Notes: generated by a model from the letters alone, not told the origin. Positions 18,074-28,865 are shown, counted from the first letter of the stretch. The stretch: DNA of 60,671 bases from Candidatus Shapirobacteria bacterium (GCA_016866735.1 VGLL01000001.1:1-60671); one strand, 5' to 3'. Made by a program: numbers and translations.

Positions 18074-18667
18074 ATGTCAGCTTTATTAATTTTAATAGGA
18101 ATAGTCGCGGTCATTGTTTTTTATGTCTTGTCCCTATATAACCAATTCGTCACGATTAAGACTCGGGTCGGAGCCTCGATTCAGGAGATTGGGAACCAAT
18201 TAAAGCGTCAAGCCGACTTAATTCCCAATCTTGTTGCTTCAGTAAAAGGCTATATGAAGCACGAAAAGGCCATTTTCGATGAGTTAACGGAGGCAAGAAA
18301 AGCGGTGATGAAGGCAGTTGACTTAGGCGATCCGCAAAAAATGATTGATGTTGGGAATCGCCTGCAAGCAGCCCTGGCCCCGATTCGTGCCGTATTCGAA
18401 TCAACACCACAGTTGCAAGCGGCTGGGCCGACCAGCAAGCTAATGGATGAACTGCGGGACACGGCCGATAAAGTAATGTACGCCCGCAGGACATTGATAG
18501 ATTTAGCGGCCGACTATAATATTAAAGTGGTTACCTTTCCTTCAAATATCGTGGCCATGATTTTTGGCTTTAAGGCCGAAGCAGGGTTGAAAATGCCCTC
18601 CGAATCGGAGGGCGACTTTGCCGCAGTTAGTGCGGAGAGCACAAAGGCTCCTGGGGTCGAGCTTTAA
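18074..18667 (+). CDS. lemA: LemA family protein
   Basis: N-terminal TM helix, QLKRQADLIPNLV..VKGY..HE and FPSNIVA..FGF. Confidence 0.92.
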   Translation: MSALLILIGIVAVIVFYVLSLYNQFVTIKTRVGASIQEIGNQLKRQADLIPNLVASVKGYMKHEKAIFDELTEARKAVMKAVDLGDPQKMIDVGNRLQAALAPIRAVFESTPQLQAAGPTSKLMDELRDTADKVMYARRTLIDLAADYNIKVVTFPSNIVAMIFGFKAEAGLKMPSESEGDFAAVSAESTKAPGVEL

Positions 18668-18687
18668 TTTTCTGTCAAGGAGGGTAG

Positions 18688-19587
18688 ATGATCAACGTAT
18701 ACGAGCAGCAAGACAGGAATAAGCGCCGAAGTCTGCTGGTCATTGTTTTATTTACAATTTTTATTACTGGTGTTAGCTGGGTTTTTTCCCGGGCTTTTAG
18801 CTATGGCCCTGGAACTGTCGGGCTGGCACTAGTACTTTCCGGTCTGATGGGTTTTTCCAGCTATTGGTGGGGAGACAAGCTGGTTTTGGCTATTTCAGGA
18901 GCGCGCCCCGCAAGCAAAAAGAATGATTTTAATTTTTACACGGTTGCGGAAAATTTGGCACTTGCCGCCCGAATCCCTGTCCCGCGGCTTTACGTTATTG
19001 AAGATTCTGCGCCCAACGCCTTTGCTACCGGCCGAGACCCGGAGCATGCCACTGTTTGCGCCACGACTGGTCTTTTGCAGAAGCTTGACAGAACCGAGTT
19101 GGAGGGCGTGATTGCCCACGAGCTTTCCCATGTTAAAAATTACGATACGCGGTTAATGAGTATCGTGACGATTTTAGTAGGAATGGTAACACTTTTGGCA
19201 GACTGGGCCTTAAGAGGAATGCGTTTTGGCAATCGCAGTCGGGAAGGCCGGGGGGGAAATCTGGGCTCTTTCTTGCTTATCGTCGGCATAGTTTTGGCGT
19301 TAATTTCGCCCCTTATTGCCAAACTTATCCAGTTGGCAATTTCCCGCAAAAGGGAGTTTTTGGCAGATGCTTCAGGAGTGATGTTAACCCGTTTTCCCGA
19401 AGGACTAGCCAGAGCACTGGAAAAAATTTCGGCTGATAGGGAACCTCTCGAGGCAGCTAATAAAGCCACGGCGCACCTCTACATTGTCAATCCGCTTAAG
19501 GGGCAGAGTTTTGTGGGTTGGTTTGCCAATTTTTTTAATACCCACCCGCCCGTCGCGGAGCGTGTTAAAGCATTAAGAGAAATGTGA
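18688..19587 (+). CDS. htpX: Zinc metalloprotease HtpX (M48)
   Basis: Motifs PNAFATG, HELSH, SRKREFLAD and THPP. Confidence 0.93.
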   Translation: MINVYEQQDRNKRRSLLVIVLFTIFITGVSWVFSRAFSYGPGTVGLALVLSGLMGFSSYWWGDKLVLAISGARPASKKNDFNFYTVAENLALAARIPVPRLYVIEDSAPNAFATGRDPEHATVCATTGLLQKLDRTELEGVIAHELSHVKNYDTRLMSIVTILVGMVTLLADWALRGMRFGNRSREGRGGNLGSFLLIVGIVLALISPLIAKLIQLAISRKREFLADASGVMLTRFPEGLARALEKISADREPLEAANKATAHLYIVNPLKGQSFVGWFANFFNTHPPVAERVKALREM

Positions 19588-19907
19588 TGGAAAAAAAGTC
19601 AAAAGTCAAAAGTCAAAAGTCAAAATTAACGGAAGGAGAAGTGGTTCATGTTGCGAATTTGGCCCATCTAGCTCTCGCGCCAAAAGAGATTAAAAAAATC
19701 CGAGATCAGCTCTCGGAAGTTTTGGACTATGTAAAAATTTTACAGCAAGTAGATACGGTCAAGATTGTGCCCACAAGCCAAGTGACCGGACTAAAGGATG
19801 TTTTTCGGGAAGATAGTGTCCAGCCTTCTTTGTCGGTGAAAGATTCTCTCTCTGAGTCAAAAAATAGCGAGGGGGAAAAGTTTAAAGTGAAATCAATTTT
19901 TCAATAG
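19587..19907 (+). CDS. gatC: Asp/Glu-tRNA amidotransferase subunit C
   Basis: Motifs VVHVANLAHL and PTSQVTGL..VFRED. Lies upstream of gatA. Confidence 0.9.
   Translation: MEKKSKVKSQKSKLTEGEVVHVANLAHLALAPKEIKKIRDQLSEVLDYVKILQQVDTVKIVPTSQVTGLKDVFREDSVQPSLSVKDSLSESKNSEGEKFKVKSIFQ
19594..19625 (+). repeat. Perfect tandem heptamer (AAAAGTC)x4 in gatC 5' end
   Basis: aaaagtc four times plus aaaa, encoding KSKVKSQKSK. Confidence 0.9.
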
Positions 19908-19934
19908 TTATACCAATTATTCGAATAATCGAAC

Positions 19935-21356
19935 ATGAAGCTAAACGAGCTGACTATTAAAGAAGCCCACGAGGGTTTAAGACAGAAGAAGTTTTCTTCG
20001 TTAGAGTTAGTTAGGGCCTGTCTTGGACAAATAAAAAGGCTTGATCCCAAGATTAATGCCTTTATTACCGTTTGTGAGAGGGAAGCGGCCAAAGAGGCCG
20101 AGAGAGCCGATAAAATTCTTGGCCAAAAGCCGACGGATATTAGTGCCCGGCCGCTCTTGGGTATTCCGGTTGCGGTTAAGGACAACTTCTGCACTAAAGG
20201 CCTGAAGACGACAGCATCCAGTAATGTTTTGGCTGATTTTATTCCTCCGTACGATGCTACCGTGGTGACTAAAATTAAAGATGCTGGTGCGGTGATTTTG
20301 GGAAAGACGAACATGGATGCCTGGGCTCATGGTTCTTCAACCGAGACATCGGATTTTTTTACCACGCATAATCCCTGGAATTTTAATCGCCTGCCGGGAG
20401 GCTCCTCCGGTGGATCAGCGGCGAGTATTGCCGCAGACGAAACGATTGCCAGTCTCGGTTCCGAAACTGCCGGTTCGATTCGCCAGCCATCATCTTGGTG
20501 CGGGACAGTCGGCTTTAAGCCCACCTACGGCCGCGTAAGTCGCTACGGACTGATCGCGATGGCCTCTTCTCTGGATTGCCCCGGTCCCATTGCTAAGACA
20601 GTGAGCGATGCCGCTATTCTATTGAGGATAATTGCCGGAAAGGATCCTTCTGATGCCACGACATCGTCTTATGCGGTACCGAATTATCTGGAAAAGATTA
20701 ATAAGGGAACAAAAGGAATCAGGGTTGGTGTTGCAAAAGAGTACCTTGCTGTAGCCGAAAATGAGATTAAAGAGGCGGTTTTGGCGGCGGTAAAGACGCT
20801 TGAAAAAATGGGGGCTAAGGTTAAAGATATTTCTTTGGTTGATCCAAAGTATGCCATTGCCGTCTACACTATTTTGCAAAGATCAGAAGTTTCCTCCAAT
20901 TTGGCCAGATATGACGGGATACGTTTTGGGTTCGGGAGGGAAAAATTTGGCCAGGAGGCAAAAAGAAGAATAATGCTCGGAACATACTATCTTTCGGCGG
21001 GGTATTACGAAGCCTATTACCTAAAAGCCCAAAAAATGAGAAGTATTATTTGTAGAGATTTTGAGAAAGCATTCAAAGACGTAGATGTTATTTTGGGGCC
21101 TTCAGCGCCTACAACCGCTCTTCCTTTGGGAGCAAGTAAAGACCATCCCATGTTTGGAGAAATGATGGATATCCTTTTTGAACCATCGGCCATTGCCGGA
21201 TTACCTGGCTTAAGTCTTACCTGCGGTTTCTCGGCGGAAGGCTTACCTATTGGAATGCAGATCCTGGGCCCCCAGTTTAGCGAGGAACTCTTATTTCAAG
21301 TTGGTTATGCCTTTGAGCAGGCAACTGATTGGCATAAAAGAAAACCGAAGTTATGA
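19935..21356 (+). CDS. gatA: Amidotransferase subunit A
   Basis: Amidase signature VKDN, GKTNMD, PGGSSGGS, GSETAGSIRQP and KPTYGRVSRYG. Confidence 0.96.
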   Translation: MKLNELTIKEAHEGLRQKKFSSLELVRACLGQIKRLDPKINAFITVCEREAAKEAERADKILGQKPTDISARPLLGIPVAVKDNFCTKGLKTTASSNVLADFIPPYDATVVTKIKDAGAVILGKTNMDAWAHGSSTETSDFFTTHNPWNFNRLPGGSSGGSAASIAADETIASLGSETAGSIRQPSSWCGTVGFKPTYGRVSRYGLIAMASSLDCPGPIAKTVSDAAILLRIIAGKDPSDATTSSYAVPNYLEKINKGTKGIRVGVAKEYLAVAENEIKEAVLAAVKTLEKMGAKVKDISLVDPKYAIAVYTILQRSEVSSNLARYDGIRFGFGREKFGQEAKRRIMLGTYYLSAGYYEAYYLKAQKMRSIICRDFEKAFKDVDVILGPSAPTTALPLGASKDHPMFGEMMDILFEPSAIAGLPGLSLTCGFSAEGLPIGMQILGPQFSEELLFQVGYAFEQATDWHKRKPKL

Positions 21357-22720
21357 TGAGACAAATTGGTCAAATTAGTCAAATTCGTAGAGCCAATTAT
21401 CAGCCCATTATCGGCCTGGAAATCCACATCGAGCTTAAAACAAAAAGCAAGATGTTTTGCGGTTGTCCGGCTGATCATTTTGGCAAGCCGCCCAATACGC
21501 AAACTTGTCCGGTCTGCCTCGGTTTGCCTGGCGCGCTACCAGTACCCAATCGTAAGGCGGTTGAATGGACAATTATGGCCGGCCTAGCCTTAGGTTGCCA
21601 GATACCCGGGGAAAGTAAATTTGACCGAAAGAATTATTTTTATCCCGACCTGCCGAAAGGTTACCAGATAAGTCAATATGATCAGCCGCTGGCCATAAGC
21701 GGCAAGCTAGGAAATATTGGGATTTGCCGAGTTCATCTGGAAGAAGATACCGGGAAACTGGTTCACGTTGAGAAAGCGACATTAATTGATTTTAATCGAA
21801 GCGGAGTGCCATTAATGGAAATTGTAACCGAGCCCGATCTAACCTCGTCTGACGAGGCGAAGGAGTTTTTACAAAACCTGCAAAGAATTATCAAATATTT
21901 GGGAATCTCGGAAGCGGACATGGAAAAGGGGCAAATGCGCTGTGAGCCAACGGTTAATTTGGAAATAAAGAAGGGGAATCTTACAGTTTACACGCCTTTA
22001 GCGGAAATTAAGAATATTAATTCCTTTAGATTTGTTAAGCGGGCCATTGACTTTGAAGTACAGCGCCAGTTTGAGGAGTTTGAAAGGACAGGAATTGAGA
22101 AACAGGCGGGAAACAAAGTCACTCGTGGCTGGAATGAGCAGAAAGGAATAACTATTTTACAGAGAGAGAAGGAGGAGGCGGCGGACTATCGCTATTTCCC
22201 CGAGCCGGATATTCCGCCAATGCGTTTTGAAAGGAAAAATATTGAAGATTTGCGAAAGAAATTGCCGGAGTTGCCCGAGAAAAGAGCGCGACGGTTTATT
22301 CGAGAATACGGCGTGTCCGAATACAACGCGGCCATCTTAATTGAGAACAAAGGAAAAGCTGATTTCTTCGAGGAAGCAGTTAGTTATGCGAGGGAGCTCG
22401 AGAAACCCCCGGGGACTAAAGCGATTGGCGACTGGATTGTTAATAAGCGTGTTGATTTGGCCAAGACTTCTCCGGAAAATCTTCTCAAGGCCATTTTGGC
22501 CAAAGCCGGGGCGGCGACGCTAGATGACTCAGAGTTAATCGCTGCTATTACAAGCGTTCTGGGTATTAATCAAAAGGCAGTTATTGATTATAATAATGGC
22601 AAAGAACCGGCCTTAATGTTCTTAGTGGGACAGGTGCTGCGCAGAACGAAGGGGAAGGGTGACCCTGGGCAGATTAGACTTTTATTAGAGAAAGAACTTC
22701 ACGATGATAAGAAAAGATAG
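21353..22720 (+). CDS. gatB: Amidotransferase subunit B
   Basis: Motifs IGLEIHIEL, FDRKNYFYPDLPKGYQISQ, HLEED and DYRYFPEPD. Confidence 0.97.
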   Translation: MMRQIGQISQIRRANYQPIIGLEIHIELKTKSKMFCGCPADHFGKPPNTQTCPVCLGLPGALPVPNRKAVEWTIMAGLALGCQIPGESKFDRKNYFYPDLPKGYQISQYDQPLAISGKLGNIGICRVHLEEDTGKLVHVEKATLIDFNRSGVPLMEIVTEPDLTSSDEAKEFLQNLQRIIKYLGISEADMEKGQMRCEPTVNLEIKKGNLTVYTPLAEIKNINSFRFVKRAIDFEVQRQFEEFERTGIEKQAGNKVTRGWNEQKGITILQREKEEAADYRYFPEPDIPPMRFERKNIEDLRKKLPELPEKRARRFIREYGVSEYNAAILIENKGKADFFEEAVSYARELEKPPGTKAIGDWIVNKRVDLAKTSPENLLKAILAKAGAATLDDSELIAAITSVLGINQKAVIDYNNGKEPALMFLVGQVLRRTKGKGDPGQIRLLLEKELHDDKKR

Positions 22721-23960
22721 CCAAAACCATTTCTCCCAGTTGCTTGGCAATAAGGATTTTCTGAAGATTTGGATCTGTCAAGGTTTTTCGACAACCACCA
22801 TCAACCTGGTTAGTTTTGCCCTGATCATGAAGATTTTTGAGACCACGCTTTCCACGATTACCGTCTCTTTTGTTTTTATCTTTTTGGCAATTCCCGCTAT
22901 TTTAATTGGGCCCTTTTCCGGTGTGGTGATTGATATGGTTGACCGGCGGAAAGCATTGGTTTTTACCAGTTTGGCTGAGGCCGCGATAGTTTTTTGTTTT
23001 TCCCTGGTGGGAGCCAAGATTTGGCCCGTCTATGGCCTGATATTGCTTTTCTCGTCGTTACAGCAATTTTATGTGCCTGCTGAAGGAGCATCTTTAACCA
23101 CGGTTGTGGAGAAGAAAAATTTGCCGGCGGCCAACAGTCTCTTTCTCTTCACGGTGTACGGCGGCTTATTGGCTGGGGCGGGTTCGGCAAGCCTTCTCCT
23201 AAGGGTCTTTGGACGAAGAGTGCCCTTTGTAATCGGCTCATTATTTCTTCTTATTGCTGCTCTAGCGAGCTACCTCCTTCCCCGGGAAAAATTTATGACT
23301 CCACCCAGAATTAGGGGGTGGGAGAAATTCTTTCAGGAGTTGTATGCCGGTTATCGCTTCATTAGCCAGCAGCAACTCGTCCTTTTCCCCATTCTTCTTT
23401 TAGTTTTTATCCAAATGACTTTGTCGATTTTGGCGATTTTGTTTCCCTCCTTTGCGGTTCAAGTTTTGAAGATTGAAGTTATTGATGCGGGAACTTTTCT
23501 TATTTTACCGGCCGCGATTGGCGCAATATTGGGGGCAGTATTAGCCACCAGGCTTCTAGGGAAGTTAAGAAAGAAGAGGGTGATCTGCGCCGGGCTTTTC
23601 GGCTTTAGCGGCTGCCTGCTTTCTCTCTCGCTGGTCCTTCCCCTCCTTTCCGATTTTAGAGTTCCGCTGGCATTTACGCTGATGTTTTTTGCAGGAACTG
23701 CCTTTGTCGCGGTGATTATTCCCACCCAAACGCTTATTCAGCAGCATACACCGTCAACTTTGCGCGGGAGAGTATTTGGCGTATTGGGTTTTTTGGGAAT
23801 GGTGGTATCTTTGATTCCCACTTTTTTGACGGCGGCCTTGGCCGAAGTGATTGGAGAAACATGGGTAATTTTCCTCATCAGCTTAATAATTCTGGGCCTA
23901 GGGATTTATGGGAGCAGGGGCAGATATGCCCTGTCGGCCAACGCAAACCATAAACTATGA
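22704..23960 (+). CDS. MFS transporter
   Basis: About 12 TM helices, G..D..DRRK motif A and P..LRGRVFG. Confidence 0.9.
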   Translation: MIRKDSQNHFSQLLGNKDFLKIWICQGFSTTTINLVSFALIMKIFETTLSTITVSFVFIFLAIPAILIGPFSGVVIDMVDRRKALVFTSLAEAAIVFCFSLVGAKIWPVYGLILLFSSLQQFYVPAEGASLTTVVEKKNLPAANSLFLFTVYGGLLAGAGSASLLLRVFGRRVPFVIGSLFLLIAALASYLLPREKFMTPPRIRGWEKFFQELYAGYRFISQQQLVLFPILLLVFIQMTLSILAILFPSFAVQVLKIEVIDAGTFLILPAAIGAILGAVLATRLLGKLRKKRVICAGLFGFSGCLLSLSLVLPLLSDFRVPLAFTLMFFAGTAFVAVIIPTQTLIQQHTPSTLRGRVFGVLGFLGMVVSLIPTFLTAALAEVIGETWVIFLISLIILGLGIYGSRGRYALSANANHKL

Positions 23961-26900
23961 CGGACTTTGTTCACCTACATACTCATTCCGAATATTCCCT
24001 TCTCGACGGACTGGCCAAGATTCCCCACCTAGTGGGACAGGCGATTGGGTTTAAGCAGAAGGCGCTCGCCTTAACCGATCATGGCGTAATGTACGGCACA
24101 ATTCCCTTTTACCTTGCCTGTCGAGAGGCCGGCATTAAACCAATTATTGGTATTGAGGCCTATATGGCTCATCGCTCTCGTTTCGACAAGCAGCCGAAGA
24201 TCGACGCCGACCAGTACCATTTGCTTCTTTTGGCCAAGAACACGCTCGGTTACAAGAACCTGATGCGGCTAGCGACCATCGGGCACTTAGAAGGATTTTA
24301 CTATAAACCAAGGCTGGATCTGGAAGTTTTGAAGAAATACTCCGAGGGACTAGTTTGCCTAAGCGCCTGCCTCCAAGGCGAAATTCCGAGCTTAATCGTG
24401 GAAAACCGCCATAAGGATGCCGAAAGCCGTGCCCACGAATTTTTAGAGATTTTTGGTAAGGATTTTTATCTCGAGATTCAAGAACACCCGAAGATTCCAG
24501 AGCAGGCCAAAGCCAATAAGGGCCTTGTGGAAATTTCCCGAAGACTCGGGATCCCCCTTGTTGCCACGAATGATATTCATTACGCTGAGGCCCAGGATGC
24601 CGAAGCCCAAGATATCCTCTTGGCTCTGCAAACGCAGAAAAAGTTAGCTGATAAAGATAGGCTGACTATGATGGATTCACCTGATTTCTACCTTAGAAGC
24701 TCCGAAGAAATGGCGGCACTCTTCAAAGAACAACCGGATGCTCTGAAAAATACGGCCGCAATCGCCGAAAAGTGCAATCTCGAAATTGAGATGAACAAGT
24801 GGATTTTGCCCCACTATCCTCTGCCAGCAGGTGAGACGGCCGAAAGCCATTTGAGAAAGATGGTTTCAGAGAGACTATCTGACCGTTTTCCCGAAGTGAC
24901 CAAAGAAATAAAAGAAAGGTTAAGCTATGAAATGGATATAATCTGCCAAAAAGGCTTTGCCACCTACTTTCTTATTGTGCAGGAGTTTGCCAATTGGGCG
25001 AAGCAGCAAAAAATAAGAGTTTCTTGCAGGGGGTCGGCGGCTGGCTCGCTGGTCTCGTATGTCTTACGGATTACTTCAATTAACCCCCTGGAGCATAACA
25101 TTCCCTTTGAACGTTTTTTAAATCCCTGGCGACCTACCCCGCCCGACATTGACCTTGATTTTGCCGATGACCGCAGAGACGAAGTCATTAACTATGTGAC
25201 CAAGAAGTATGGCCAAGACAAAGTCTCGCAGATTATTACTTTTGGAAAGATGGAGGCGCGGATGGCAGTCCGAGACGTAGCGCGCGTTTTGGGTTATTCT
25301 TATTCTACCGGAGATAGACTTGCCAAGATGATTCCTTTTGGGCCCCAGGGCTTTGAGACGACAACCGAGTGGGCGATGGAGTCTAATCCGGAACTTAAGG
25401 CTGCTTACGAGAACGAAGAGGAAACAAAAAAAATACTGGATTTGGCCCATCGGCTGGAGGGGGTATCCCGCCAGGCGTCAACTCACGCCGCCGGCCTAGT
25501 GATTGCCGATTGCCCACTAACCGAATATGTTCCCCTTCAGTGGGATACCAAAAGAGAAAAAGTAATCACGCAATATGATATGTATGCTCTGGACCTTAAT
25601 GTCTCCGAGCAGGCAATTGGACTTTTGAAGATGGATTTCTTGGGAATTCGCAATTTAACGATTTTGGGAAGGGCGGTTGAGTATGTCAGGTCGACCAAAG
25701 GCAAGGAAATTGACCTTTCCGAAATTTCCCTCGAAGACCCCCGGGTTTATAAGTTAATTTCAGAAGGCGAAACGACCGGCGTTTTTCAGCTTGAGTCGGC
25801 GGGAATGAGACGGCTGGGTAGGCAGCTTAAGCCGTCGCGGTTCTCTGATATTGCCGCCATGGTGGCCCTTTTTAGGCCCGGGCCGATGCAATGGATAAAT
25901 GAATTTATTTCCGGGAAGAATAATCCAGCCGGTGTCCGTTATTCCCATCCTGCCTTGAAGCCTATTTTAGAAGAAACATATGGCATCGCCGTTTACCAGG
26001 AGCAATGCCTACAGATAGCCGTGACTATAGCTGGTTACAGCTGGGGGGAGGCTGACGGGTTGAGGAGGGCGATAGGGAAGAAGAAAAAAACCTTGATGCA
26101 AAAAGAGAAAGATAAATTCATTGCGAAAGCAATCGACAACGGTTACAAGAAGGACGACGCGGAGAAAATCTTTTCTTTGATTGAACGTTTCGTTGGTTAC
26201 GGCTTCAATAAGGCCCATTCTACCTCCTATGCCATGATTGCTTATCAAACGGCCTGGATGAAGGTTAATTATCCGGTTGAATTTATGGCTGCTTTTCTGA
26301 CAGCAGAATCGGGTAATGCTGATAAAGTTGCCTTGGGGGTAGCCGAGTGCCGGCGGATGGGAATTGTTATCCTCCCGCCTAATATTAATAAATCGGAAGT
26401 GGGTTTTTCTATTGAAGCGCACGCGGGTTCCCTGGAGGATTGCGCGATTCGTTTTGGCCTCTCGGCAATTAAAAACGTAGGCGAGGCGGCCATCGTGGAG
26501 ATAATAAAGGCAAGGCAGCTTGCGGGCGAGTTTAAATCTCTGGGAGATTTTTTCCAGAGAGTTGATGCCCAGAAAGTTAATAAAAAAGTTTTAGAAAGTT
26601 TAATCCGGGTTGGGGGGATGGACAGTTTCGGGAAAAGGGCGGCGATGCTAGCCGGACTCGATAAGTTACGGGCTCAAAATGAGAGTTTGCAGAAACAAAG
26701 AGCCGCTGGCCAAGCCAGTCTTTTTCAGGAAGATAATGAGGCCCATGGCAAGATTATTGCCGAGGATGATTTGCCTAAGATAGAAGAATTTTCCAGGCAA
26801 GAGCTGCTTCGGCTGGAACAGCAGCTTTTAGGTTTCTATTTGACAGAACATCCTTTAATGCCACTTCTTTCTCTTCTGGGGGAGGAAGTCACGCATAAGC

Positions 26901-27412
26901 TCTATGAAGTTTCTCCGGAAACCATCGAGGTTGACCAGAAGATTAAAGTGGGCGGTATTCTTTCCTCAATTAGAATCGCAATGACTAAAAATGGCGTTTC
27001 AGAAATGGCGTTTGCCACCATTGAAGATGACACGGGCAAGCTTGAAGTGGTAGTTTTCCCCCGGGTTTTTTCGGCGACGAGGAGCATCTGGGCCAAAGAC
27101 CAAGTTCTTTTAGTTGATGGTCGCCTGGAGGCTCGCCAAGGAGGAACATCCTTAATTGCCGATAGTGCGATTTCGCTTTCCACTCTTAATCAGGATCAGC
27201 CAAGCTTTGATTTTACGGTGAGGGTTCCTCGTGGCGTTCATGCCCAGGCGCTTGTTAAACTTAATAAGCTGTTAAAAGATAGTCCGGGAGAAAAGAGGGG
27301 GATTTTAATTTTTGAGACAGAAAACGGGAAACAGCGCAAACTGGCATTAAATTTTGGGGTTGATTATAATGATGGCCTGGAAAAGCAAATCAAGAAAATT
27401 TTGTCAGAATAG
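23957..27412 (+). CDS. dnaE: DNA polymerase III alpha subunit
   Basis: FVHLHTHSEYSLLDG, RGSAAGS, PDIDLDF, KMDFLG, FRPGP, YGFNKAHS and an OB fold. Confidence 0.98.
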   Translation: MTDFVHLHTHSEYSLLDGLAKIPHLVGQAIGFKQKALALTDHGVMYGTIPFYLACREAGIKPIIGIEAYMAHRSRFDKQPKIDADQYHLLLLAKNTLGYKNLMRLATIGHLEGFYYKPRLDLEVLKKYSEGLVCLSACLQGEIPSLIVENRHKDAESRAHEFLEIFGKDFYLEIQEHPKIPEQAKANKGLVEISRRLGIPLVATNDIHYAEAQDAEAQDILLALQTQKKLADKDRLTMMDSPDFYLRSSEEMAALFKEQPDALKNTAAIAEKCNLEIEMNKWILPHYPLPAGETAESHLRKMVSERLSDRFPEVTKEIKERLSYEMDIICQKGFATYFLIVQEFANWAKQQKIRVSCRGSAAGSLVSYVLRITSINPLEHNIPFERFLNPWRPTPPDIDLDFADDRRDEVINYVTKKYGQDKVSQIITFGKMEARMAVRDVARVLGYSYSTGDRLAKMIPFGPQGFETTTEWAMESNPELKAAYENEEETKKILDLAHRLEGVSRQASTHAAGLVIADCPLTEYVPLQWDTKREKVITQYDMYALDLNVSEQAIGLLKMDFLGIRNLTILGRAVEYVRSTKGKEIDLSEISLEDPRVYKLISEGETTGVFQLESAGMRRLGRQLKPSRFSDIAAMVALFRPGPMQWINEFISGKNNPAGVRYSHPALKPILEETYGIAVYQEQCLQIAVTIAGYSWGEADGLRRAIGKKKKTLMQKEKDKFIAKAIDNGYKKDDAEKIFSLIERFVGYGFNKAHSTSYAMIAYQTAWMKVNYPVEFMAAFLTAESGNADKVALGVAECRRMGIVILPPNINKSEVGFSIEAHAGSLEDCAIRFGLSAIKNVGEAAIVEIIKARQLAGEFKSLGDFFQRVDAQKVNKKVLESLIRVGGMDSFGKRAAMLAGLDKLRAQNESLQKQRAAGQASLFQEDNEAHGKIIAEDDLPKIEEFSRQELLRLEQQLLGFYLTEHPLMPLLSLLGEEVTHKLYEVSPETIEVDQKIKVGGILSSIRIAMTKNGVSEMAFATIEDDTGKLEVVVFPRVFSATRSIWAKDQVLLVDGRLEARQGGTSLIADSAISLSTLNQDQPSFDFTVRVPRGVHAQALVKLNKLLKDSPGEKRGILIFETENGKQRKLALNFGVDYNDGLEKQIKKILSE

Positions 27413-27436
27413 TTGAAATATGCTAGAATATTGATT

Positions 27437-27733
27437 ATGGCAATAAGCGCACAGTGGCAAGACGTAAAATTTAAAGTCGGCGACACGATTAAGATTCAGC
27501 ACCGCATTAAAGAGGGCGGCAAAGAAAGACTAGTCGCCTTTTTGGGAGTGGTGATTGCCATCAAGGGAAGAGGGGAAAACAAGATGTTTACCGCCAGGAG
27601 AATGGGCGCGCAGGGCGTCTGGGTTGAGCAGATTTTCCCCCTCTCGTTGCCGTTAATTGCCAAAATCGAGGTGAAAAAGAAGGCGACCAAAGTAAGAAGG
27701 GCCAAGCTTTACTACTTAAGAAAGACCTCTTGA
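27437..27733 (+). CDS. rplS: 50S ribosomal protein L19
   Basis: Motifs FKVGDTI, IKEGGKER, F.GVVI and KVRRAKLYYLR. Confidence 0.95.
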   Translation: MAISAQWQDVKFKVGDTIKIQHRIKEGGKERLVAFLGVVIAIKGRGENKMFTARRMGAQGVWVEQIFPLSLPLIAKIEVKKKATKVRRAKLYYLRKTS

Positions 27734-28092
27734 TGGGGAAATTAAGCGTTGGGAAATTCGGCGAAGGGCTGGCGGCCGAATTTTTGGCCCAAAAAGGCTA
27801 CCAAATCATTGAGCGGAATTTTAGAAAAAGATACGGAGAAATTGACCTCGTGGCCCGGGAGGGCAAGACCCTGGTTTTTATCGAGGTAAAAACAAGATTA
27901 ACAGACAAATACGGCCTGCCCGAAGAAGCGATAACTCCGTGGAAGCTGAAAGCTTTGGTCAGATCCGCTAATTATTATAAAATGCTTCATCCGGAACTGC
28001 CTGAACTTTTGCGGATTGACCTAGTGGCTATAGACTACGTGAATTCTTCCGATCACCCCGAAATCAGGCTAATAAAAAATATAAGTGGTTAA
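27733..28092 (+). CDS. yraN: YraN family (UPF0102) nuclease-fold protein
   Basis: Motifs G..GE..A, RNFR..GEIDL, FIEVKTR and RIDLVAI. Confidence 0.92.
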   Translation: MGKLSVGKFGEGLAAEFLAQKGYQIIERNFRKRYGEIDLVAREGKTLVFIEVKTRLTDKYGLPEEAITPWKLKALVRSANYYKMLHPELPELLRIDLVAIDYVNSSDHPEIRLIKNISG

Positions 28093-28115
28093 TTTTTGAT
28101 TTTGCCGTTTCGCAA

Positions 28116-28865
28116 CTACTTTGTTTTTGGCCTTAAAAGTAGAATGAGACCCAAAAGAATAGCCACTAAACTTAAAACTTGAGCGACTTTGACGCCTTGG
28201 ATTTGCCAGGTGTCAAAGCGGGCAAATTCGGTTAAAAAACGGATGGTGCCAAAAAGAAGAAAATAGACACCGCTAGCAAACCCAATTTTTTGCCCTTTTC
28301 TTTCGAGTAAAAGCAAAATAAGAAAAACGGCGAGCATGGCCAGGAATTCGTAAAGAAAAAGCGGGTGGAAAGAGGTATGGTTTTGCCAACTGCTAGGCCG
28401 GCGAGACGGGTCAATGTAAACTTTCCACGGCAAGTCAGTTGGCGGCCCAAATGCTTCCTGATTAAAAAAATTGCCGATTCTGCCGATTGCTTGAAGTATA
28501 GCGGCGGATGGAAGAAGGAGATCAGTTAATTGCCAAAAAGAATAATGTTTTATTTTGGCATAAATTGCCAAGGCAGAAATGCCGGCAATGAGGGCCCCGA
28601 AAACACCCAGCCCCCCTTGCCATAAAAGGAAAATTTCTCCTGGATGGTTAAAATAGTAGGCTTTGTAGTGTAAGACATGGTAGGCCCTTGCCCCCAAAAC
28701 ACTACTGGGAATGAGTATCAAGAAAATGCTTTCGACAGTCGAATTTGTAACCTGGTACAACTTTGCCCTAAGTCTTGCCACCAAAAAACCTACCAATACG
28801 CCCAGGGCCATAAGTCCTCCATAGATGTAGAAATTGACTGGCCCGATTGCAACCATTGCCAGCAT
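28116..28865 (-). CDS. lgt: Prolipoprotein diacylglyceryl transferase
   Basis: Motifs YG, GARAYHV, WQGGL..G, QAIGRIGNFFNQE, HP.FLYE and RF..EF.R. Confidence 0.93.
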   Translation of the reverse strand: MLAMVAIGPVNFYIYGGLMALGVLVGFLVARLRAKLYQVTNSTVESIFLILIPSSVLGARAYHVLHYKAYYFNHPGEIFLLWQGGLGVFGALIAGISALAIYAKIKHYSFWQLTDLLLPSAAILQAIGRIGNFFNQEAFGPPTDLPWKVYIDPSRRPSSWQNHTSFHPLFLYEFLAMLAVFLILLLLERKGQKIGFASGVYFLLFGTIRFLTEFARFDTWQIQGVKVAQVLSLVAILLGLILLLRPKTK

